Assembly: GCA_034176745.1 (NCBI GenBank)
Contig: JAXFTO010000057.1
Span: forward strand, 6,442 to 70,441
Length of the DNA stretch: 64,000 nt
Reading direction: 5' to 3'
Origin: Bariatricus sp.
GTDB lineage: Bacteria > Bacillota > Clostridia > Lachnospirales > Lachnospiraceae
The notes under the pieces are model-generated. The model did not search any database and was not told the DNA's origin. It saw nothing but the letters and a program-made list of their open reading frames with translations. The translations under genes and the position numbers were made by a program. Positions 18,849 to 26,774 of this stretch are shown piece by piece. Every line of letters begins with the position of its first letter. The first letter of the stretch is position 1.

Positions 18849-20327
18849 ATGACAAAAAAAGATATGAAGAAGATGCGTGCCAGGGCGAGGGCAGCGCAGA
18901 GACGCAGAAAAAGAAAGAAACATAACGTCATCTCGCCAATCAGTATTATCGGTGTGCTTGCTGTTTGTCTGGTGTCAGCATTACTCCTTTCTTACGGAGC
19001 TGCTGCGGGGATGGATAAAGAGATCCTGGTAAAGCTGAAGGTAGACGATCTTTCTGCAATACAGGGAGAAGAGAGGCCGCTTCTTACAGCTAAGGCCACC
19101 TGTGACGGTGATAAGGAAACAATCTTGGATAAGGATACAGGATATACGATACAGGATCTTGTAGATGAACTTAACAGAGGAACCGGCTATACCTTAGAGT
19201 GCGACGGAGACGGAAGTGAAGAAGGCGAATTTCCGATCAAAGCAGAACTCACAAGCGTGATTACCACACCGCTTTATGAAGAGTGGTTCGGTAAGGTGAA
19301 GGTCGATGTGGAAGACGGTGTATTTGAGGTCAAGAACAAGTACGGCGAATGGGATGCTGATAAGTTCAAACGATGGGACGGCACCTACGTAACGAATGAT
19401 TTCATTACATATCACAATGAGACGTACTATTTTGGTGAAGATGGAAAGAAAGAAACCGGATGGCAGACGATTAATTCTGCCAAGTATCTGTTTGATGAGA
19501 ATGGAGTCATGACGGTAGGCTGGTATAAAGAGGACGGTACAAAATACTATTTTGATGAAACTGGAATGATGACAGTCGGATGGCTTACATTGGATGAAGA
19601 TAAATACTATTTTGATCAGGACGGAAAGATGCTTACCGGTGAGCAGAAGATTGGCGTAAAGAAATGCGTATTTTCAGAAGATGGTGTGTTGGAATCGTCT
19701 GAAGGAGGTGTGGATCCGGATGCGCCTATGGTTGCGCTTACCTTTGACGATGGACCGGGACCAAGAACTGCGGAACTACTGGATGTCTTTGCACAGTATG
19801 ATGCCAGAGCTACATTTTTCATGCTGGGTACACAGGTGGAGAAATACCCGGATACAGTGAAGAAGATGGCAGAGACAGGATGTGAATTGGGAAATCATTC
19901 CTTTGACCATACTAGCCTCACGAAACTGGATGCAAGCGGAATTCAGAAGCAGATGAGTGACACGAATGAGAAAATGGTATCGGCATGTGGAATGAAAGCA
20001 ACGGTTATGCGTCCTCCTTATGGGGCAATCAACGACATAGTCAAACAGAATGTGGGAATGCCGATGATCTTGTGGTCCATTGATACGCTGGACTGGAAGA
20101 CAAGAAATACACAGTCAACGATTGATGCGGTTATAAATAATGTGAAAGACGGAGATATCATTTTAATGCATGATATCCATACGCAGTCCATAGATGCTGC
20201 AATCGCTCTGATTCCAAAGCTTCAGGAAGCAGGTTTCCAGCTTGTGACGGTCAGTGAAATGGCAGAAGCGAAAGGAATCAATATGGAAAATGGTGTCAAG
20301 TATGGATTTATGGCAAAGAGTGAATAG
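18849..20327 (+). CDS. Polysaccharide/peptidoglycan deacetylase (NodB domain) with cell-wall-binding repeats
   Basis: NodB motifs TFDDGP and HSFDH. Central YYF(D/G)E(D/T)G repeats. N-terminal polybasic RRRKRKK plus TM anchor. Start trimmed to the ATG at 18849. Confidence 0.8.
   Translation: MTKKDMKKMRARARAAQRRRKRKKHNVISPISIIGVLAVCLVSALLLSYGAAAGMDKEILVKLKVDDLSAIQGEERPLLTAKATCDGDKETILDKDTGYTIQDLVDELNRGTGYTLECDGDGSEEGEFPIKAELTSVITTPLYEEWFGKVKVDVEDGVFEVKNKYGEWDADKFKRWDGTYVTNDFITYHNETYYFGEDGKKETGWQTINSAKYLFDENGVMTVGWYKEDGTKYYFDETGMMTVGWLTLDEDKYYFDQDGKMLTGEQKIGVKKCVFSEDGVLESSEGGVDPDAPMVALTFDDGPGPRTAELLDVFAQYDARATFFMLGTQVEKYPDTVKKMAETGCELGNHSFDHTSLTKLDASGIQKQMSDTNEKMVSACGMKATVMRPPYGAINDIVKQNVGMPMILWSIDTLDWKTRNTQSTIDAVINNVKDGDIILMHDIHTQSIDAAIALIPKLQEAGFQLVTVSEMAEAKGINMENGVKYGFMAKSE
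19410..19695 (+). repeat. Tandem ~20-aa cell-wall-binding (CW_binding_1-like) repeats inside the deacetylase CDS
   Basis: Four to five consecutive units of the form G(W)...(K)YYFDE.G.M..G are visible in the translation. Confidence 0.7.
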
Positions 20328-20335
20328 GAATTCAA

Positions 20336-20376
20336 AAGCCATGTACATTCAGGCAAATGAGTGTACATGGCTTTAC
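20336..20376 (+). terminator. Hairpin/terminator after the deacetylase gene
   Basis: 12-bp perfect stem AAGCCATGTACA/TGTACATGGCTT with a 14-nt loop and a weak T tract. Confidence 0.55.
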
Positions 20377-20411
20377 TGCTTACTGATTACAGATTCCGGT
20401 TTACAGATTCC
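20373..20411 (+). promoter_or_regulatory. Phased TTAC(T/A)G heptamer array upstream of the aroE promoter region
   Basis: TTACTG (20373), TTACTG (20380), TTACAG (20387) and TTACAG (20401). The last two are embedded in an 11-bp direct repeat, TTACAGATTCC x2, with 14-bp period. Confidence 0.3.
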
Positions 20412-20507
20412 TATGAAAAAAGACTTGAAGATTTTATAAAATGTGTTATCATAAAACATAGTAGCGCTTTACAGTGTGAAATTACACAGAACGAGAGGTA
20501 CCACAAT

Positions 20508-21377
20508 ATGGCATATGAAATTACAGGACATACCGTCCTTACAGGGCTTTTGGGAAGTCCGGTTGAGCATAGCATTTCTCCGATGATGCACAATGAAGCA
20601 TTTCGTCAGCTGGGACTGGATTATGCATATCTGGCATTTGATGTCGGAACAGATAAACTTGAAACTGCGGTAGAGGGACTTAGGGCACTGGGAGTAAGAG
20701 GATTCAACATTACGATGCCGGATAAGAATCTGATGTGCACTCTGGCAGATAAGCTTTCACCGGCTTCAGAGATTGGAGGAGCGGTGAATACGATCGTGAA
20801 TGATGACGGCGTTCTGACTGGATATACCACGGACGGAATAGGATTTATGCGCTCTGTGAAGGAGGAAGGACAGGACATCATCGGGAAGAAGATGACGCTT
20901 CTTGGAGCAGGAGGAGCTGCTGCCGCGATCATGATCCAGGCGGCTCTTGACGGTGTGGCAGAGATTTCTATTTTCAATATCAGAGATGATTTCTTTACCC
21001 GCGCAGAAGGAATTATTGAGAAACTGAGAGACGAGACAGAATGTAAGCTGAATCTTTACGATTTCTCCGATCCGGAAGTGTTAAAAAGAGAAATCGCCGA
21101 AAGTGCGATTCTTGTAAATGGAACGTCTATCGGTATGGCACCGCGTACGGAGCGCTGCATTATCTCAGATGACAGTGTGTTCAGAGAAGATTTATTTGTA
21201 TTTGATGTCATCTATAATCCGGAAGAGACATTGTTCCTTAAGAAAGCAAAGGCGGCAGGATGTAAGACGGCGAATGGACTGAATATGCTGCTTTATCAGG
21301 GAGCTGCTTCTTTTGAATTGTGGACAGGACAGGAGATGCCGGTAGACATCATTAAAGAAAAATATTTTAAACGGTAA
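20508..21377 (+). CDS. aroE: Shikimate dehydrogenase
   Basis: LLGSPVEHSISPMMHN, N.T.P.K and GAGGAA motifs. Start trimmed from the ORF-track 20361 to the ATG at 20508. Confidence 0.9.
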   Translation: MAYEITGHTVLTGLLGSPVEHSISPMMHNEAFRQLGLDYAYLAFDVGTDKLETAVEGLRALGVRGFNITMPDKNLMCTLADKLSPASEIGGAVNTIVNDDGVLTGYTTDGIGFMRSVKEEGQDIIGKKMTLLGAGGAAAAIMIQAALDGVAEISIFNIRDDFFTRAEGIIEKLRDETECKLNLYDFSDPEVLKREIAESAILVNGTSIGMAPRTERCIISDDSVFREDLFVFDVIYNPEETLFLKKAKAAGCKTANGLNMLLYQGAASFELWTGQEMPVDIIKEKYFKR

Positions 21378-21406
21378 TTGACAAATCACTTTGATTTGTG
21401 TATCAT
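21378..21406 (+). promoter_or_regulatory. Sigma-A-type promoter for the T-box/aroF-aroB transcript
   Basis: TTGACA (21378-21383), 17-nt spacer, TATCAT (21401-21406), about 35 nt upstream of the T-box Stem I. Confidence 0.6.
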
Positions 21407-21439
21407 GGTTTTAAGTTCAAAATTAAATATTCTACTGAA

Positions 21440-21722
21440 CAAATACGATGAAAAGAAGTAGTAAGTATGACAGATTGTCTCAGAGAGTCCTAGGGTGGTG
21501 TGATAAGGATACAACGAGTTATATTGAATTCCTCTTGGAGTAGAGTGCTGAACAGATCTTATTAAGTAGGCATCTCCGGAAGCAGCCGTTACCTGCGAGG
21601 GTATAACCGTTGATCGGCGTACCTGGCGAGGCAGTTACTGTGAAGTGACTGTAAATTGAGGTGGAACCACGAAGTATATATTACTCTCGTCCTCTGTATA
21701 TCCAGAAGACGAGAGTTTTTTA
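21440..21722 (+). promoter_or_regulatory. T-box riboswitch leader (Stem I, specifier loop, T-box/antiterminator, intrinsic terminator) upstream of aroF-aroB
   Basis: GA/K-turn GATGAA at 21447, AGTAGTA S-turn, AGAGAG plus GGTGGTG distal motifs, and a specifier-loop 3' side GAA-TTC-C (21526-21532). The T-box element is AAATTGAGGTGGAACCACG (21653-21671). The antiterminator pairs GAGG with CCTC. The competing terminator pairs ACTCTCGTC (21683-21691) with GACGAGAGT (21708-21716), followed by TTTTTT. Confidence 0.85.
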
Positions 21723-21952
21723 TCTTGAAAGAAGATAAGACTCCCTCCTCGATAGGTGGTGAGTTGCGGCAAATATGTCTTGGGGGAGTCCAATCTCCTT
21801 CCAAGATAAGCCTCCGGCGGATTGCAGAGGTGCGCAGATGTATTGTGTCATGCAAAGCATGACGCGCACCTCGCAGCAAGTACGCCGAGGCGTACTTGAA
21901 TTCATCGTCAACAAATGACAGGATTACCTGAAGAAGAAAGGAAGAAAATAGT

Positions 21953-22966
21953 ATGATTATCGTATTAAAACCAAGAACAACAGAAGAAAATATTACGCGC
22001 GTAGAGAACATGGTTCATGCAAGGGGGCTTGAGACTCATACTGTCCGTGGTGAGGAACTTACAATCATCGGATGTATCGGTGATACCGTACACATTGATC
22101 CGCGACTTTTCGAAGTAGATAAAAGTGTAGAAAAGGTTATGCATGTTCAGGAACCATACAAACTGGCAAACAGAGCATTTCATCCGGAGGACACAGTGGT
22201 AGATGTGTCAGGTGTCAAAGTAGGCGGTGGTCATCTGGCACTGATCGCAGGTCCGTGTTCTGTAGAAAGCGAGGAGCAGGTGATTGAAATCGCAAAGGCA
22301 GCCAAAGCATCCGGAGCCAATATGCTTCGCGGCGGTGCATTCAAACCGAGAACCAGCCCATACTCTTTTCAGGGACTTGGTCTTGCTGGACTTGATATTC
22401 TATGCAAAGCAAAAGAAGAGACAGGACTTCCGATCGTGACAGAACTGATGTCTGTTGAATACCTGGATATTTTCGATGAAAAAGTAGACCTGATTCAGAT
22501 CGGTGCAAGAAATATGCAGAACTTTGATCTTTTGAAACAGCTCGGAAAGACTACAAAACCGATTCTCCTTAAGAGAGGATTGAATGCTACATTTGAAGAG
22601 TGGATCATGTCAGCAGAATATATTATGGCATCCGGTAATCCAAATGTTATTCTCTGCGAGAGAGGAATCAGAACCTTCGAAACCTATACAAGAAATACAT
22701 TGGATCTGCAGGCAATTCCGGTAATCAAGCGTCTCAGTCATCTTCCAATCATTGTAGATCCAAGCCATGCAGGCGGAAAATGGTGGCTGGTTGAACCGAT
22801 GTCAAAAGCTTCTATCGCAGCCGGAGCAGACGGACTTATGATCGAAGTTCACAATAATCCGGAATGCGCACTTTGCGATGGCGGACAGTCTTTGAAGCCG
22901 GTGAAATACGATGCTCTTCTGGAAAAAGTGCGTCAAATTGCAGAAGTAGTTGGAAAACAGATCTAA
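21953..22966 (+). CDS. aroF: 3-deoxy-7-phosphoheptulonate (DAHP) synthase, type I-beta with N-terminal ferredoxin-like regulatory domain
   Basis: 337 aa. The N-terminal ~65-aa domain followed by a KDO8PS-like barrel (GPCSVES, RGGAFKPRTSPYSFQG, DPSH) matches Thermotoga-type DAHPS architecture. Confidence 0.9.
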   Translation: MIIVLKPRTTEENITRVENMVHARGLETHTVRGEELTIIGCIGDTVHIDPRLFEVDKSVEKVMHVQEPYKLANRAFHPEDTVVDVSGVKVGGGHLALIAGPCSVESEEQVIEIAKAAKASGANMLRGGAFKPRTSPYSFQGLGLAGLDILCKAKEETGLPIVTELMSVEYLDIFDEKVDLIQIGARNMQNFDLLKQLGKTTKPILLKRGLNATFEEWIMSAEYIMASGNPNVILCERGIRTFETYTRNTLDLQAIPVIKRLSHLPIIVDPSHAGGKWWLVEPMSKASIAAGADGLMIEVHNNPECALCDGGQSLKPVKYDALLEKVRQIAEVVGKQI

Positions 22967-22996
22967 TTACTGAATGAAGAGAGAGGAACTAAGAAC

Positions 22997-24070
22997 ATGA
23001 ATGAATCAGGCATGAAAATGGTTGTGGATTTAAAAGAACACAGTTACCCGATCTACATTGAGCGGGGAATCCTTAGGAATGCATCAGAGAAAATCAAAGA
23101 AATCTATGACGGTAGAAAGATCATGATCATTTCGGATGACAGGGTTTATTCTTACTATGGTGAGAGCCTGAAAGAAGAACTATCAGGAAGTTTCGAATGC
23201 TATGAAACGGTAATTCCTCATGGAGAACCGTCGAAGAGCTTTCAGACACTTCCGGGAGTATACAGTTCTCTGTTGGCGGCAAAGATCAGCAGAACCGATC
23301 TGATCATAGCTTTAGGCGGCGGTGTGGTCGGCGATTTGGCAGGATTTGTAGCCGCTACATTTTTAAGAGGAATCAAGTTTGTTCAGATACCGACTTCTAT
23401 CCTGGCGCAGGTCGATTCTTCTGTGGGCGGTAAAGTAGCAGTGGATCTTCCGGAGGGGAAAAATCTGGTCGGTGCTTTCTATCAGCCGAAAATGGTGCTC
23501 ATCGACCCGGACGTGCTGGATACGCTTCCTGAAAGATATGTGACAGACGGAATGGGAGAGGTGATCAAATACGGATGCATCAAGGATGCCGGATTATTTA
23601 ATAAACTGGAAGAGTACGGTTCATTTGAGAATCTGAAGACGCATTTGACGGATGTGATCGCTACCTGTGTAAATATCAAACGAATTGTTGTGGAAGAAGA
23701 CGAATTTGATCTGGGCGAGAGAATACTGTTGAATTTCGGTCATACACTTGCCCATACGATTGAACAGTATTATCACTACGAAAGAGAAAGCCACGGAGAA
23801 GCTGTTGCGATCGGAATGTACCAGATTACAAAGCTTGCAGAAGAAAAAGGACTTACGAAATCAGGAGAGGCAGAAAGAATCAAAACGGTTCTGGAAGCCT
23901 ATGGACTTCCTACAAGCGCAGAGCTTCCGCTTCAGGAACTTATCGAAGCAATGAAGCTGGATAAAAAAATGCTGAACAGCAGTCTCAAAGTCGTGCTTCT
24001 TCATGAAATCGGAGATTCTTATGTCTATCCGACCAGTATGGATTTTTTTGCAGAAGACAGACAGGTATAA
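22997..24070 (+). CDS. aroB: 3-dehydroquinate synthase
   Basis: GGGVVGDLAGFVAATFLRGI.F.Q.PT.LLAQVDSSVGGK motif. Lies 30 nt after aroF. Confidence 0.9.
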   Translation: MNESGMKMVVDLKEHSYPIYIERGILRNASEKIKEIYDGRKIMIISDDRVYSYYGESLKEELSGSFECYETVIPHGEPSKSFQTLPGVYSSLLAAKISRTDLIIALGGGVVGDLAGFVAATFLRGIKFVQIPTSILAQVDSSVGGKVAVDLPEGKNLVGAFYQPKMVLIDPDVLDTLPERYVTDGMGEVIKYGCIKDAGLFNKLEEYGSFENLKTHLTDVIATCVNIKRIVVEEDEFDLGERILLNFGHTLAHTIEQYYHYERESHGEAVAIGMYQITKLAEEKGLTKSGEAERIKTVLEAYGLPTSAELPLQELIEAMKLDKKMLNSSLKVVLLHEIGDSYVYPTSMDFFAEDRQV

Positions 24071-24081
24071 CAACAAGTATC

Positions 24082-24112
24082 AAAAAAGAGTTCCGGGAAG
24101 GAACTCTTTTTT
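24082..24112. terminator. Bidirectional intrinsic terminator between aroB (+) and the prs-like gene (-)
   Basis: AAAAAAGAGTTCC-GGGAA-GGAACTCTTTTTT, with A-run and T-run flanks. Confidence 0.85.
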
Positions 24113-24122
24113 AATAGCATTC

Positions 24123-25292
24123 TTATTTATGATGATTTGCCAGAAGATCATGAATCTTATCTGTCGGATTCAGAACGGAGCTGATCGGAATGTCGTGGTT
24201 CAGAGAATCAATGATCAGCGCCAGGAACTTACTCATATCGGCCTTGATAAAATATGGCTTCTCGGAAAGTTCCGGTGGGAGATAGGTCAGGTTGGTGGTG
24301 ATCAGACCATCCAGATAGCCTTTCTCATAATATTCGTCAAATTTACCGAGACCTTCTGTGAAAAGACCGAATGTGGTACAGACAAATACATGTGCAGCAC
24401 CTCTGTCTTTGAGCTGCTTTGTGACATCCAGCATACTTTCACCGGAAGAAATCATATCGTCCACGATGATCACGGTACGTCCATGAACATCATCTCCAAG
24501 GAATTCGTGGGCAACGATCGGATTCTTTCCATTTACAATTGTAGAGTAATCACGGCGTTTGTAGAACATACCCATATCCACACCGAGGATATTGGATAAA
24601 TAAACGGCTCTTCCCATAGCACCTTCATCCGGGCTTATGATCATCAGATGCTTCTTATCAGTATCCAGATCAGGAACTGCATTAAGCAGCGCTTTCATAA
24701 ACTGGTATGCCGGAGAGAAGCTATCGAATCCCTTCAGCGGAATTGCGTTCTGTACTCTCGGGTCATGGGCATCAAAGGTAATGATGTTGGAAACACCCAT
24801 CTGATCCAACTCTTCCAGTGCCATCGCGCAGTCCAGAGACTCTCGCTTCGTACGCTTATGCTGGCGGCTCTCATAAAGGAATGGCATGATCACATTGATT
24901 CGATGTGCCTTTCCTGTGCAGGCAGCAATCACACGCTTCAGATTCTGAAAATGATCATCCGGTGACATGTGGTTGAGATGACCGTTCACGGTATAAGTTA
25001 TACTGTAATTGCAGACGTCCACCATGATAAATAAATCTTTTCCACGAACGCTTTCCCCGATAACAGCCTTTGCTTCACCGGTACCGAAACGCGGACAATT
25101 ATGTTTTGTCAGGTAAGTGTCGGCTTCGTAAGAGGAATAAATCATTGGGTCAAGAAAATCCTGAAGAGATTCTTTACGAAAAGATACAATATAATCATCC
25201 ACTTTTTTTGCGAGTGGTTCGCAGCTTTTTAATGCGATAATTTTAAGCGGTGCGATCGGCAGTGCTTTTTCCATAAATTCAATATTTGTCAT
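24123..25292 (-). CDS. Divergent ribose-phosphate pyrophosphokinase-family protein (389 aa)
   Basis: Prs-like fold with altered signatures: RFGTGE (for RFSDGE), YESRQHKR (for YARQDRK), DAHD (for DLHA) and IVDDMISSGES (PRPP loop). It is ~70 aa longer than canonical Prs. Confidence 0.7.
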   Translation of the reverse strand: MTNIEFMEKALPIAPLKIIALKSCEPLAKKVDDYIVSFRKESLQDFLDPMIYSSYEADTYLTKHNCPRFGTGEAKAVIGESVRGKDLFIMVDVCNYSITYTVNGHLNHMSPDDHFQNLKRVIAACTGKAHRINVIMPFLYESRQHKRTKRESLDCAMALEELDQMGVSNIITFDAHDPRVQNAIPLKGFDSFSPAYQFMKALLNAVPDLDTDKKHLMIISPDEGAMGRAVYLSNILGVDMGMFYKRRDYSTIVNGKNPIVAHEFLGDDVHGRTVIIVDDMISSGESMLDVTKQLKDRGAAHVFVCTTFGLFTEGLGKFDEYYEKGYLDGLITTNLTYLPPELSEKPYFIKADMSKFLALIIDSLNHDIPISSVLNPTDKIHDLLANHHK

Positions 25293-25442
25293 ATGTGCCT
25301 CCTGTTTTCAATATCGGTCATATCTCTTTCTATTTTATACCATTATTTCAGAACTATGGCAAGAAAGAGCTGTAAAAAATTGCATTTTTTAAAGAAATCT
25401 AGTATGATAAGTAAGAATAGAAAAATGGGGAGCTTTTATTTT

Positions 25443-26774
25443 ATGAAGCATGAGCATATTGTTAAATGTGTAGAAGAAGGAAGCATTGCCTGGGAAATGG
25501 GGATTGAGCCAGGGGACAGGCTGCTTCAGATCAATGGACATGATGTTGAAGATGTCTTCGATTATCAGTATTACGTAAATGATGAAGAACTTCTGGTTCT
25601 GATCCGTAAAGAGAACGGAGAAGAATGGGAGCTTGAGATCGAGAAAGATTTTGATGAAGATCTGGGAATTGAATTTGAACAAGGCCTGATGGATGAATAT
25701 CGTTCCTGCAGGAATAAGTGCATGTTCTGCTTCATCGACCAGATGCCGAAAGGAATGCGGGAGACTCTGTATTTTAAAGATGACGACTCCAGACTTTCCT
25801 TTTTACAGGGAAACTATATCACGCTTACGAATATGAGTGACCACGATGTACAGAGGATTGTGGATTATCATCTTGAGCCGATCAACGTTTCCGTTCACAC
25901 CACGAATCCGGATCTTCGCTGCAAGATGCTGCATAACCGTTTTGCCGGAGATGCCCTGAAGAAGATTCAGATCCTTTATGAGGGCGGTATTACCATGAAC
26001 GGGCAGATTGTACTTTGTAAAGGAATTAATGACGGCGAAGAACTGGAGAGAAGTATTCGGGATATGACAAACTGGCTCCCGAATCTGCAGAGTGTGTCGG
26101 TCGTTCCGGTTGGTCTTACAAAGTTCCGCGAGGGACTTTACCCGCTGGAACCATTTACCAGAGAAGACGCAAAAGAAGTACTTCAGATCATTCATAAGTG
26201 GCAGAAGAAGATTTATGAAGAATACGGAATGCATTTTATCCATGCAGGAGATGAATGGTATCTTCTGGCTGGAGAAGAACTTCCGGAAGAGGAACGCTAT
26301 GACGGCTATCTGCAGCTGGAAAACGGCGTGGGAATGCTTCGGCTTCTGTTAAATGAATTTGAAGAGGCGTATGCAGATTTAGAGGGAGATGACCGCCATA
26401 TCCGAATTTCCATGGCAACCGGAAAGCTGGCATATCCGTATTTGAAGCAAATGCTGGAACGCCTGAAAGTAAAATATTCGAACCTGAATGTGAACCTGTA
26501 CGAAATCCGTAATGATTTTTTCGGTGAGACGATCACGGTTGCAGGTCTTTTGACCGGACAGGATCTACTTTCCCAATTAAAAGGGCAGGAACTTGGAGAT
26601 GCACTTTTACTTCCGTGTAGTCTGCTTAGAAGCGGGGAAGAGGTATTTCTGGATGATATGACGGTTATGGAATTATCGAATGCTTTACAAGTGCCGATAG
26701 ATATTGTAAAATCAAGCGGTCAGGATTTTGTAGATGCAGTATTGCAGCAGATGGAGGGACAAGAATATGAGTAA
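25443..26774 (+). CDS. PDZ + radical-SAM-like + DUF512 protein
   Basis: N-terminal PDZ-like segment (GSIAWEMGIEPGDRLLQINGH) and a CxxxCxxC motif (CRNKCMFC). The position directly upstream of and overlapping der is typical for DUF512 genes in Clostridia. Confidence 0.75.
   Translation: MKHEHIVKCVEEGSIAWEMGIEPGDRLLQINGHDVEDVFDYQYYVNDEELLVLIRKENGEEWELEIEKDFDEDLGIEFEQGLMDEYRSCRNKCMFCFIDQMPKGMRETLYFKDDDSRLSFLQGNYITLTNMSDHDVQRIVDYHLEPINVSVHTTNPDLRCKMLHNRFAGDALKKIQILYEGGITMNGQIVLCKGINDGEELERSIRDMTNWLPNLQSVSVVPVGLTKFREGLYPLEPFTREDAKEVLQIIHKWQKKIYEEYGMHFIHAGDEWYLLAGEELPEEERYDGYLQLENGVGMLRLLLNEFEEAYADLEGDDRHIRISMATGKLAYPYLKQMLERLKVKYSNLNVNLYEIRNDFFGETITVAGLLTGQDLLSQLKGQELGDALLLPCSLLRSGEEVFLDDMTVMELSNALQVPIDIVKSSGQDFVDAVLQQMEGQEYE

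Noticed and set aside
21589-22011. A 140-aa minus-strand ORF, plus the + ORF at 21656-21862, covering the aroF leader
   Set aside because: The region carries all hallmarks of a T-box RNA (specifier loop, T-box 14-mer, antiterminator/terminator). The ORFs have no SD and are explained by the non-coding leader.
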